Positions 1-8,982 of a DNA stretch of 32,000 bases are shown here, in pieces. The position numbers and the translations under genes are program-made. A model generated the notes under the pieces. The model was not told where the DNA came from, searched no databases, and saw only the letters and a program-made list of their open reading frames with translations. How positions within the stretch are numbered: the stretch's first letter is position 1; every line of letters starts with the position of its first letter. Origin of the DNA: Zymomonas mobilis subsp. mobilis ATCC 10988 (lineage in GTDB: Bacteria > Pseudomonadota > Alphaproteobacteria > Sphingomonadales > Sphingomonadaceae); contig NC_017262.1 in NCBI RefSeq assembly GCF_000175255.2, positions 870,001-902,000 of the forward strand. Reading direction: 5' to 3'.

Positions 1-1196
1 CTCCGGCAATGGCGCAAACAATCCGCGTTGACCTCGACAAGCTAGATCGTCTCGTCAATCTTGTCGGTGAATTGGTCATTACGCAGGCGATGCTTGCCCA
101 ACGTTTGACGGATCAAGGTCTCTCCGGCTCTTCCGAATTAACCGACCTCGATCATCTGACCCGCGAATTGCAAGATAGTGCCATGTCCATCCGCGCCCAA
201 CCGATGAAAACGGTTTTCAGTCGAGTGCCGCGTATCATCCGTGAATTGGAAGGCGAAACAGGTAAAAAAGTCCGTCTTGATGTGATCGGGGAAATGACCG
301 AAGTTGATAAAACGGTTGTCGAACGCATCGGCGAACCACTGACCCATTTAATCAGAAACGCGGTCGATCACGGTCTGGAAACGCCTGAAGAACGGGTCGC
401 CGCTGGAAAGCCGCAAGAAGGCGTTGTCACCTTGGCCGCCGAACACCGCTCTGGCCGGATTATCATCCGTATTTCGGATGATGGTAAGGGGATGAACCGG
501 GCGCGTATTTTAGAAAAAGCAATCGAAAAAGGCATCGTCTCTCCCGATCAAACCTTGTCGGATGATGATATTGACAATCTGATTTTTGCCCCGGGATTTT
601 CGACGGCGGCGAAAGTCACCAATGTCTCCGGTCGTGGTGTCGGTATGGATGTGGTTCGCAAAAATGTTCAGGCCTTGGGCGGACGCATTAGTATCAATTC
701 TCGTCCGGGATTCGGATCGACCTTTACCTTAAGCCTTCCTCTCACCTTGGCGGTTTTGGATGGCATGATTGTCCAGGTCGGTGACCAGACCTTTGTTATT
801 CCGCTCGGCCATATTGTCGAAAGTCTGCAACCGAATGAAGGCGAAATCAGCGGCATCGGCACAACAGAAAAACTCTTAAATGTCCGCGGTGCCTATGTCC
901 CCATCCAGTCTATTGGGCGGGAATTATCGGTTGAAAATGCAGAATTAGATCCCTTCAAATCGGTTCTGATCGTGGTCGAATCCGATGGCGGTCAAGCCGT
1001 TCTGATGGTGGATCAAATCCTTGATCAACGGCAAGTCGTCGTCAAAAGCCTCGAGGCCAATTATCAGGCGATTGCCGGTCTGGCCGGTGCCACAATATTG
1101 GGTGATGGACGGGTCGCTTTAATTCTGGATGTCGATAGCTTGGTCGCCCGTTGGCGGCATGATCTCCATTCATCTTCTATCGGGATGGCTGCGTGA
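1..1196 (+). CDS. cheA: Chemotaxis histidine kinase CheA, 5'-truncated by the window start (dimerisation, ATPase and CheW-like domains present)
   Basis: Reading frame is open into the window edge upstream of the ORF-track ATG at 9. Contains TIRVDLDKLDRLVNLVGELVITQ (dimerisation domain), LTHLIRNAVDHGLE (N box), GRGVGMDVV (G box) and a CheW-like C-terminus. Followed by cheR and cheB. Confidence 0.95.
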   Translation, partial: PAMAQTIRVDLDKLDRLVNLVGELVITQAMLAQRLTDQGLSGSSELTDLDHLTRELQDSAMSIRAQPMKTVFSRVPRIIRELEGETGKKVRLDVIGEMTEVDKTVVERIGEPLTHLIRNAVDHGLETPEERVAAGKPQEGVVTLAAEHRSGRIIIRISDDGKGMNRARILEKAIEKGIVSPDQTLSDDDIDNLIFAPGFSTAAKVTNVSGRGVGMDVVRKNVQALGGRISINSRPGFGSTFTLSLPLTLAVLDGMIVQVGDQTFVIPLGHIVESLQPNEGEISGIGTTEKLLNVRGAYVPIQSIGRELSVENAELDPFKSVLIVVESDGGQAVLMVDQILDQRQVVVKSLEANYQAIAGLAGATILGDGRVALILDVDSLVARWRHDLHSSSIGMAA

Positions 1197-2065
1197 CCCT
1201 CACTACAGACACAAAAAACGCCCTACCTTCAGAAAGACGGGAATTCGAATATACGCTGAAAGATTTCGAGAAAGTCCGCGATCTCGTTTATCAGAATGCC
1301 GGTATTACGTTACAGTCCAGCAAAACCAATCTGGTCTATTCCCGTCTTTCGAAACGCTTGCGTGCCTGCGGGATGCAACGTTTCAAAGACTATCTCACCT
1401 ATCTCGATGAAAACGAGGAAGAAAGAACGCGGGCAGTCACTTCGCTGACCACCAATCACACCAGTTTTTTTCGAGAAAAGCATCATTTCGACCATTTGGT
1501 GAATGAAGTCTGGCCGGCGCTTAAAAAGAAACTGGAATCTGGTGGCCGTGTCCGTATCTGGTCAGCGGGTTGCTCCAGCGGTGAAGAACCTTATACCCTT
1601 GCCATGGCGCTTGCAGGTACCGATCGGAATTTGCCTCGCTGGTTGCTCAAACATGACTTCCGCATTTTGGCATCGGATTTGGCTCCGCATGTGCTGGCAA
1701 CGGCACGCGCTGGCCGTTATCCGAACAGCATTGCAGAATCCATTCCAGCCAGCCTTCGCAATCTCTGGATGACAGCCGATGGCGACTCCATGGTTGTTAA
1801 TCCGATCTGCCAACAACTCATTGCCTTTAGAGAATTGAATCTGCTTGGCACATGGCCAATGCGGCATCAATTTGATGTTATTTTTTGCCGGAATGTCATG
1901 ATTTATTTCGACGAGCCGACAAAAAGCACGCTTTTTCAGAATTTTTCCAAAAAATTAGTAACTGGCGGCTATCTCTATATCGGCCATTCTGAACGCCTTG
2001 TTGGCAAAGCCTCACAGGACTTTGTCTCCAAAGGACAAACTATTTATCAAAAGAGATCGATGTGA
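1193..2065 (+). CDS. cheR: Chemotaxis protein methyltransferase CheR
   Basis: FRDLVYQNAGI-type N-terminus, IWSAGCSSGEEPYTLAM SAM-binding motif, FDVIFCRNVMIYFD; GTG start overlaps the cheA stop (GTGA). Confidence 0.95.
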   Translation: MTLTTDTKNALPSERREFEYTLKDFEKVRDLVYQNAGITLQSSKTNLVYSRLSKRLRACGMQRFKDYLTYLDENEEERTRAVTSLTTNHTSFFREKHHFDHLVNEVWPALKKKLESGGRVRIWSAGCSSGEEPYTLAMALAGTDRNLPRWLLKHDFRILASDLAPHVLATARAGRYPNSIAESIPASLRNLWMTADGDSMVVNPICQQLIAFRELNLLGTWPMRHQFDVIFCRNVMIYFDEPTKSTLFQNFSKKLVTGGYLYIGHSERLVGKASQDFVSKGQTIYQKRSM

Positions 2066-3120
2066 CTGTCAAAGTACTTATCGTCGATGACTCGCCAACA
2101 ATGCGTGCTATCCTATCCATGATGATTTCGTCAGATCCGGAAATCGAAGTCGTCGGCAAAGCAGACTGTCCCTCTACAGCCCGCCAGATGATTAAAGAAC
2201 TCAATCCCGATGTCATGACGCTGGATATTGAAATGCCGGGCATGGACGGATTGGATTTTCTTGAAAAGGTGATGCGGCTGCGTCCGATGCCCGTCATCAT
2301 GGTCTCGGCCTTAACCGCGGCAGGTGCCGAAGCCACCTTAAAGGCTATGGAATTAGGTGCCTTTGACTGCTTTGCCAAACCTGCGCTCGGCTTTGCCTCT
2401 GATAAAAGTCAAAGCCAGACGTTAATCAGCATGATCAAGGCCGCTGCCAAAAACGGAGGCCATCGCCCACTTTCTTTCCGCAACCGTTCGGCCTCTGCCC
2501 AAAATGCAGCGCCCGCTCCATCAAGTGTTGCTTCCGGCTATCGTCCGAAACCGGGCAGCATCATTGCTATCGGTGCTTCAACTGGCGGTGTCGAAACGCT
2601 GTTAGCTTTGCTGAAAGATTTTCCGGCCAATTGCCCGCCGACTTTGATCGTGCAGCATATGCCTCCTTTATTCACAGCGAGCTTTGCGAACCGTCTTGAT
2701 CGAATGTGTCCTCCCAAGGTGTCCGAAGCCAAAACTGGTGATCCTTTGACACCGGGGCATATTTACATCGCTCCGGGTGGGGAACGCCATCTTGAATTCC
2801 AAAATGCTGCCCATGGACCGCGCTGTCTCTTGGTCTCCGATGAGCCGATGTCGGGTCATCGCCCTTCAGTCGATAGATTATTCTTATCGGTTGCCAAAAA
2901 TTGCGGTCGTCGAGCAATCGGTATTATTCTGACCGGTATGGGACAAGATGGTGCGATGGGACTGAAAGCCATGCGCGATACAGGTTCCTTTACCATTGGA
3001 CAGGATGAAGAAAGCTGCGTTGTTTACGGAATGCCCGCTGCGGCTTATCGTATGGGCGCCGTTGAAAGCCAACTGCCCTTATCCCGTATTGCCGCCAAAG
3101 CGTTGGAGGCCTGCGCCTAA
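2062..3120 (+). CDS. cheB: Chemotaxis response regulator protein-glutamate methylesterase CheB
   Basis: KVLIVDDSPTMRAILS receiver domain, DVMTLDIEMPGMDGLDFL, linker, then IGASTGGVE...VQHMPP...GPSVDRLF...TGMGQDGAMGLKAM methylesterase domain. GTG start overlaps the cheR stop. Confidence 0.95.
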   Translation: MTVKVLIVDDSPTMRAILSMMISSDPEIEVVGKADCPSTARQMIKELNPDVMTLDIEMPGMDGLDFLEKVMRLRPMPVIMVSALTAAGAEATLKAMELGAFDCFAKPALGFASDKSQSQTLISMIKAAAKNGGHRPLSFRNRSASAQNAAPAPSSVASGYRPKPGSIIAIGASTGGVETLLALLKDFPANCPPTLIVQHMPPLFTASFANRLDRMCPPKVSEAKTGDPLTPGHIYIAPGGERHLEFQNAAHGPRCLLVSDEPMSGHRPSVDRLFLSVAKNCGRRAIGIILTGMGQDGAMGLKAMRDTGSFTIGQDEESCVVYGMPAAAYRMGAVESQLPLSRIAAKALEACA

Positions 3121-3141
3121 CAGCGAAAAAGGCAAAATGCT

Positions 3142-3693
3142 GTGGCCGAAACAACTATGAAAATTAATATCAATAATTTCAAACGCATTGATGTCATGCA
3201 GGGAGAAAAACAAGTCTCTAGTGAAGACGATGTTGTCTTCTCGACGGTATTGGGTAGTTGCATCGCCGCTTGTCTTTACGACCCCATCGCCAAAATCGGT
3301 GGCATGAATCATTTCCTGCTGGCCGAACCCAGTGGCAGCGATCACGACCCTAATTCACTTAAACGATACGGGGTTTACGCTATGGAAGTGCTCATCAATG
3401 CGATGCTTGCCAAGGGCGCGCATCGTAACCGCCTTCGCGCCCGCCTTTATGGCGGGGCAACCATGCGAAGCGGTTTCGGGGATATCGGTATTAAAAATGC
3501 TGAATTTGCCCGCCGATTTCTTCAAGACGAACATATTCTTCTTAATGCAGAAGATATTGGAGGCACCACCGCAAGACGGGTAGATTTCTGTCCGGCTTTG
3601 GGGCTTGCCCGTTGTCGCCATGTCGAAAACCAAAGACCGGTCGAAAGACTGGAAGTGGTTCCCGACAAAGCAGGGGATGTTACCTTTTTCTGA
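3142..3693 (+). CDS. cheD: Chemoreceptor glutamine deamidase CheD (start may be GTG 3142 or ATG 3157)
   Basis: VFSTVLGSCIAACLYDP, GGMNHFLL, YGVYAMEVLINAM and RARLYGGATM are characteristic of CheD; lies directly downstream of cheB. Confidence 0.9.
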   Translation: MAETTMKININNFKRIDVMQGEKQVSSEDDVVFSTVLGSCIAACLYDPIAKIGGMNHFLLAEPSGSDHDPNSLKRYGVYAMEVLINAMLAKGAHRNRLRARLYGGATMRSGFGDIGIKNAEFARRFLQDEHILLNAEDIGGTTARRVDFCPALGLARCRHVENQRPVERLEVVPDKAGDVTFF

Positions 3694-3837
3694 TATTACT
3701 TTTTACAAAGCGATATCCTATATTCGGCTTCATTCAGCGATTTATCCGCTTTTGTTACTCAAGACATCGGGTCATTTTTGAATAAAGGCTCTGGGAATAC
3801 AGATTTTTGAGTGAAGGCTAGTTTTCAGGAATATATC

Positions 3838-4203
3838 ATGGCTCAAACGATAATGACTGTTGATGATTCACCCAGTATGCGGATGCTGCTTCGGGCAGCG
3901 CTTGGCAAAATGGGATATACAATCATCGAAGCCGAAGATGGCATTGATGCGATGGAGAAATTAAGCAATAATCGTCCCGATTTGCTTATCACCGACATCA
4001 ACATGCCGCGTATGGATGGCTTTGGCCTGATCGAAAGCGTGCGACAGGATGACAGCTGGCGCAATATGCCGATCTTGGTTCTCACAACCGAAACCTCGGA
4101 TGAGAAAAAACAACGGGCAAGAATTGCCGGTGCCACCGGATGGATTGTTAAACCTTTCAGCCCCGATAAATTGGCAGCGGCCATTCGACGGGTGCTTCAT
4201 TAA
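3838..4203 (+). CDS. cheY: Single-domain response regulator CheY
   Basis: MAQTIMTVDDSPSMRMLLRAALGKMGYTIIEAEDG...LLITDINMPRMDGF...LTTE...AGATGWIVKPF; about 120 aa receiver-only protein. The ATG at 3838 is preferred over the track start at 3811. Confidence 0.9.
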   Translation: MAQTIMTVDDSPSMRMLLRAALGKMGYTIIEAEDGIDAMEKLSNNRPDLLITDINMPRMDGFGLIESVRQDDSWRNMPILVLTTETSDEKKQRARIAGATGWIVKPFSPDKLAAAIRRVLH

Positions 4204-4349
4204 CATTTTCAGCTTATCAGCCGTTCCTTTTAAGGCGTTTGTTTCATTAAACTACCCTAATCGGCTTTACGATTTTATTTCGGGACACAAAGTTTTTCGG
4301 AAAAAATTTTTAACCATTTTTCAGGCGGTGAAAAAGGAGGCTCTTCATT

Positions 4350-4883
4350 ATGGGCGAAAATAAAAACGAGCTGATGGCAGGAAAAACAGAGAACACGGCT
4401 TTGCAAAATCAAGCCCATGATTGGCAGCATTCTTCCGGCGCGCGCCAGTTAATCACTTTCCATATCGGGGAACAGTTTTTCGGGGTGGATATAATGGCTA
4501 TCCGCGAAATTCGGGCATGGTCACCAGCTACCAATTTGCCGAATGTTCCCAATTATGTTCGCGGTGTTGTTAATCTTCGCGGCGTAGTGCTTCCGGTCTT
4601 CGATCTCCGCCAACGGCTTGGCTGGGGCATGACCGAACCGACGGCACGCCATGTCATTATCGTTGTCCAAATCGGGGAACAGTTGCAAGGCCTGATTGTC
4701 GATGCCGTCAATGACATTGTGACCGCACGTCATGAAGATTTGCAACCGGTGCCGGATGTCGGGGAATCCACAGCGGCACGCTTCTTGGAAGGTCTGGTCA
4801 CGATTGATGACCGGATGATTATGGTTCTCGCTTTGGATCGCCTGCGCGAAAACGGCTTGCCGATACCGGATCAGGCCGAATAG
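4350..4883 (+). CDS. cheW: Chemotaxis coupling protein CheW
   Basis: LITFHIGEQFFGVDIMAIREIRAW...VPNYVRGVVNLRGVVLPVFDLRQRLG, classic CheW domain. Confidence 0.92.
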   Translation: MGENKNELMAGKTENTALQNQAHDWQHSSGARQLITFHIGEQFFGVDIMAIREIRAWSPATNLPNVPNYVRGVVNLRGVVLPVFDLRQRLGWGMTEPTARHVIIVVQIGEQLQGLIVDAVNDIVTARHEDLQPVPDVGESTAARFLEGLVTIDDRMIMVLALDRLRENGLPIPDQAE

Positions 4884-4918
4884 GCAAGATTGCGACGATT
4901 CAGGATAAAAAGTAACCA

Positions 4919-4955
4919 GAGGGCGGCGAAATTAACGTCGCCCTCTTTCGGCTTT
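4919..4955 (+). terminator. Rho-independent terminator after cheW
   Basis: GAGGGCGGCG-aaattaa-CGTCGCCCTC (10-bp stem with one G:U, 7-nt loop) followed by tttcggctttt. Confidence 0.75.
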
Positions 4956-4980
4956 TCAACTGTTTGGCTATAGCTTTTTT

Positions 4981-6318
4981 ATGAACCGACCTTCTTTAAA
5001 GCATTTTTACATCAAATCCTTTGGCTGCCAGATGAATAGCTATGACGGCGAAAGGATGTCCGAATTATTGGAATCCCAAGGGATGAAAGCGGCAGAAGAG
5101 GCGGCCACTGCCGATCTTGTCGTGCTCAATACCTGCCATATCCGCGAGAAAGCGGCGGAAAAGGTTTATTCCGAAATCGGTCGGTTAAGACGCCCCGACG
5201 GCTCTTCTCCGATGATTGCTCTCGCCGGATGCGTTGCACAGGCCGAGGGTGCCGAAGTGCTGGCCAGAACCAAGATGGTCGATATCGTGGTCGGGCCCCA
5301 AGCCTATCACCATTTACCTGAATTGATCGAGAAAGCCGCTTCGGGCAAAGTCGTTGATATCGACATGCCGCTTGAATCCAAATTCGATGCGCTTCCCGAA
5401 AGACGGCAAGTCGGGGCAAGTGCCTTTCTGACGGTGCAGGAAGGCTGCGATAAATTCTGCACCTATTGCGTGGTGCCTTATACCCGAGGGGCAGAAGTCT
5501 CACGCCCATGGTCACGCATTGTCAAAGAAGCCCATGCTTTGGTTGATAAAGGCGCAAGAGAAATCACGCTTTTAGGTCAAAATGTTAACGCGTGGACAGG
5601 CGAAGACGAAGCCGGACGTAGCCAAGGCCTCGATGGTCTTATTCGCGCCTTGGCTAAAATCGACGGACTAGAACGGATTCGTTACACCACCAGCCATCCC
5701 AATGATATGACAGAAGGCTTGATCGAAGCGCATGGCGAAATCGACAAGCTGATGCCTTTCTTACATCTTCCGGTGCAATCCGGCAGTAACCGGATTCTCA
5801 AGGCAATGAACCGCGCGCATACGGCGGAAAGTTATCTTACCTTGATGAACCGATTGAAAGAGGTTCGCCCTGACATCGCCCTTTCCGGTGATTTCATTGT
5901 CGGCTTCCCCGGTGAAAGTGAAGAAGATTTTCAGGCCACTTTGGATTTGATTTCAGAAGTCGGCTATTCTTTGGCCTTCAGCTTTGCCTACAGCCCTCGC
6001 CCCGGCACACCGGCTGCCGATATGGACAATCAGATTGATCCTGAAATCAGCCGCGAACGTCTGCAAAGATTGCAAGCCTTGCTTAATCAGCAACAATTCG
6101 ATTTCAATCAGCAGACGATAGGCCGGAAAGCCACTGTCCTGATCGAACGGAAAGGCAAGAAAGCAGACCAGATGATCGGCAAATCACCATGGCTGCAATC
6201 GGTCATTATCGAAGCGCCAGTGGCGATTGGCGACCTTGTCGAGGTCACTTTGACGGATGCCGGCCCCAACAGCGTGAAAGGCCAATTTCTCGATCAAAAG
6301 CAGTTTGCCACGGCCTAG
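4981..6318 (+). CDS. miaB: tRNA-2-methylthio-N6-dimethylallyladenosine synthase MiaB
   Basis: FYIKSFGCQMNSYDGERM N-terminus, radical SAM motif CDKFCTYCVVPYTRG, and a C-terminal TRAM-like region. Confidence 0.95.
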   Translation: MNRPSLKHFYIKSFGCQMNSYDGERMSELLESQGMKAAEEAATADLVVLNTCHIREKAAEKVYSEIGRLRRPDGSSPMIALAGCVAQAEGAEVLARTKMVDIVVGPQAYHHLPELIEKAASGKVVDIDMPLESKFDALPERRQVGASAFLTVQEGCDKFCTYCVVPYTRGAEVSRPWSRIVKEAHALVDKGAREITLLGQNVNAWTGEDEAGRSQGLDGLIRALAKIDGLERIRYTTSHPNDMTEGLIEAHGEIDKLMPFLHLPVQSGSNRILKAMNRAHTAESYLTLMNRLKEVRPDIALSGDFIVGFPGESEEDFQATLDLISEVGYSLAFSFAYSPRPGTPAADMDNQIDPEISRERLQRLQALLNQQQFDFNQQTIGRKATVLIERKGKKADQMIGKSPWLQSVIIEAPVAIGDLVEVTLTDAGPNSVKGQFLDQKQFATA

Positions 6319-6426
6319 ATTCCTTGGCGGATGAAACGCCCGATTTCGATGGTTTCCTTGTCACAGGAAATAGTCTAGCATCACCAGAGCCACGCCTTCC
6401 AAAGGGCGACGATATAGGGAAAAAGA

Positions 6427-7518
6427 ATGGCGCGCAAAATGGTGCAGGCTCAGGCCGGTGATCTTGCCCGACTTGAGCTTATTTTTGATAAGCCTCAACT
6501 ATTAGGCCGTCTCTTTGGTGAATATGACCAAAATCTAGTAACTATTGAAAACCGTCTCGGCGTTTACATCGCCGCCAGAGGGAATCGTTTGCAAATCGAG
6601 GGTGAAGCCACCCATGCGGCACGCGCCCGCGAAGTGCTGACCAGCATTTATAACCGGATTATCCAAGGGCAGGAACTGGATACAGGTGCCGTAGAAGCCT
6701 TTATCGCGATGTCCTCCGATAATTCGATGGAGGGCATTATGCGAACCGATCAAGGCCATGCACCGGAATTGTCCATTCGGACGCGGAAAAAGACGATTAT
6801 TCCGCGCTCGGCGACCCAGATTCGCTATATGGAGCAACTCAAGTCAAAAGATATTATCTTTGCGCTTGGGCCCGCTGGTACCGGCAAGACCTATCTTGCG
6901 GTGGCACAGGCCGTGCAACAGATGATCCAAGGCTCGGTTGATCGCCTCATTCTCTCCCGTCCCGCGGTCGAAGCCGGAGAAAGGCTCGGATTCCTGCCCG
7001 GTGATATGAAGGAAAAGGTCGATCCTTATCTCCGGCCGCTTTATGATGCCCTTTACGATATGCTACCGGCGGAACAGGTCGAACGTCGCCTTGAAAATGG
7101 CGAAATCGAAATTGCGCCCTTGGCCTTCATGCGGGGACGGACGCTTTCCGATGCCTTTGTTATCCTTGATGAAGCGCAAAATACCACACCAGCACAAATG
7201 AAAATGCTTTTGACCCGCTTCGGAATGAACAGCCGAATGGTCGTTTGCGGGGACCCATTACAGGTCGATTTACCCAATCCCGGAAAATCTGGCCTTGCCG
7301 ATGCGGTGCGCCGCCTTGAAAATGTCGATGGTATCGGTATTACCCGCTTCACCGTACAAGATGTTGTCCGTCATCCTTTGGTTGGACGCATTGTTGATGC
7401 CTATGAAAATACGCCGATAGGCCGCGCTCGTTTAGCCATGCTCGAACAAAATCCGGCGACGGTTGACATAAGCGCCCTTGAAAACCCACCAGAAGAGACC
7501 CCTGATGATAACGGTTGA
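6427..7518 (+). CDS. PhoH family ATPase
   Basis: Walker A GPAGTGKTYLAVAQAV, LSRPAVEAGERLGFLPGDM, FVILDEAQNTTPAQMKM, TRFG; followed by ybeY and corC as in many proteobacteria. Confidence 0.93.
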   Translation: MARKMVQAQAGDLARLELIFDKPQLLGRLFGEYDQNLVTIENRLGVYIAARGNRLQIEGEATHAARAREVLTSIYNRIIQGQELDTGAVEAFIAMSSDNSMEGIMRTDQGHAPELSIRTRKKTIIPRSATQIRYMEQLKSKDIIFALGPAGTGKTYLAVAQAVQQMIQGSVDRLILSRPAVEAGERLGFLPGDMKEKVDPYLRPLYDALYDMLPAEQVERRLENGEIEIAPLAFMRGRTLSDAFVILDEAQNTTPAQMKMLLTRFGMNSRMVVCGDPLQVDLPNPGKSGLADAVRRLENVDGIGITRFTVQDVVRHPLVGRIVDAYENTPIGRARLAMLEQNPATVDISALENPPEETPDDNG

Positions 7519-8035
7519 AGCCGATATATCCGATTTATGGCCAGAGCAAAGTAACTGGGAGGCTCTGGCACAAACCGCCTGCCAACAGGCCGTTTCTGTA
7601 AGTGCCTCCGATTTTCTTCTTGCCAAAGACTATGAAACCGAAATTTCGGTATGCTTTTCTGATAATGACACGGTTCACGCGCTGAATAAAACATGGCGCG
7701 ATAAAGACCGCCCGACCAATGTGCTTTCTTTTCCGATGATGGAAGCCGAAGAACTCGCAGAAATCAAAAACAGGGTGGGTTCCGAATGCCTGCTTGGCGA
7801 TATCATTCTTGCCTTTGATGTCGCGAAAAAAGAAGCCTTGGAAAAGGGCATTTCACTTGAAAATCACGTTACTCATTTAATTACCCATGGCACCCTTCAC
7901 TTATTAGGCTATGACCATATCTTGGACAATGAAGCCGAAATAATGGAAGATTTGGAAAGAAAAGCCTTGGCTCAACTCGACATTCCTGACCCCTATTCAG
8001 ATCATGAAACGGGCAAGGAAGGTCTTGACGGATAG
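7505..8035 (+). CDS. ybeY: Endoribonuclease YbeY (rRNA maturation)
   Basis: LNKTWRDKDRPTNVLSFPM and the metal-binding motif HLITHGTLHLLGYDHI. The ATG at 7505 overlaps the phoH 3' end; the track extends to 7478. Confidence 0.93.
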   Translation: MITVEADISDLWPEQSNWEALAQTACQQAVSVSASDFLLAKDYETEISVCFSDNDTVHALNKTWRDKDRPTNVLSFPMMEAEELAEIKNRVGSECLLGDIILAFDVAKKEALEKGISLENHVTHLITHGTLHLLGYDHILDNEAEIMEDLERKALAQLDIPDPYSDHETGKEGLDG

Positions 8036-8089
8036 AACAAGTCCATTCACTCTATTACCCACCAATCAAGCGGAGATAACGCGCGGGAG

Positions 8090-8974
8090 ATGTCTGAAGA
8101 TTCCAGTACCGACAACGGAGGCGGCTTGTGGCGCGGCCTTCGTAATTTCCTTTTCCACGAAGAAAAAGAACCCACTCTACGCGAAGTCATTGAAAAAGCG
8201 ATCGAAGAACACGAGCATGACGCGCCTGATCGCGATGACCTATCCCCGATAGAAAGACGGATGCTCCGTCGCCTGTTACATTTTGGTCGCCGGTCAGCCG
8301 GAGATGTCGGCACACCTCGCGCCGATATTGTCGCGGTTCCCGACGATATTAACGGGCAAGACCTGATCGCTGCTTTTGCCAATAGTGGCCTCAGTCGCCT
8401 TCCGGTTTATAAAGAAACCTTGGATGATATTATTGGCATGTTGCATGTCAAAGATATCTTCAGCCTGATGGCCGAAGGCCAAAGGGATAATTTCGATTTA
8501 AAATCGCTACTCCGCCAACCTCGCTATGTCCCAGAAACTATGGGTGTGCTTGATCTGTTGGCTGAAATGCGGGCAACCCGTACCCATATGGCGATTGTCT
8601 TGGATGAATATTCCGGCACCGAAGGTCTGATTACCATCGAAGATCTGGTCGAAGAAATCATCGGCGACATCGAAGACGAACATGACGAAGCCCCAACCGC
8701 GCTTCTGACCTCGCGTCCTGACGGTATTTGGGAAGCCGAAGGCCGGACAGAATTAGAAGACATCGCGGAATGGATTGATCCCCATCTCAGCGAAGTTGAA
8801 GAAGATGTCGATACCATCGGCGGGCTTGCGACTGTTTTGGCCGGACATGTTCCACAACGGGGCGAAATCTTGGAACATCCCAGCGGTTGGCGCATTGAAA
8901 TTCTGGCCGGAGACAGTCGCCATGTCGAACGCGTCAGACTTTACCCTCCTAAAAAGAATCCGGATGAGGATTAA
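8090..8974 (+). CDS. corC: CBS-domain/CorC-HlyC family protein
   Basis: DIVAVPDDINGQDLIAAFANSGLSRLPVYKETLDDIIGMLHVKDI (CBS) and LDEYSGTEGLITIEDLVEEIIGDIEDEHD, characteristic of CorC. Confidence 0.85.
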   Translation: MSEDSSTDNGGGLWRGLRNFLFHEEKEPTLREVIEKAIEEHEHDAPDRDDLSPIERRMLRRLLHFGRRSAGDVGTPRADIVAVPDDINGQDLIAAFANSGLSRLPVYKETLDDIIGMLHVKDIFSLMAEGQRDNFDLKSLLRQPRYVPETMGVLDLLAEMRATRTHMAIVLDEYSGTEGLITIEDLVEEIIGDIEDEHDEAPTALLTSRPDGIWEAEGRTELEDIAEWIDPHLSEVEEDVDTIGGLATVLAGHVPQRGEILEHPSGWRIEILAGDSRHVERVRLYPPKKNPDED

Positions 8975-8982
8975 AGCCCTTT

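Noticed and set aside
4049-4363. 104-aa ORF overlapping the cheY 3' end and the cheW leader
   Set aside because: Mostly out of frame within cheY; composition not protein-like and no motif.
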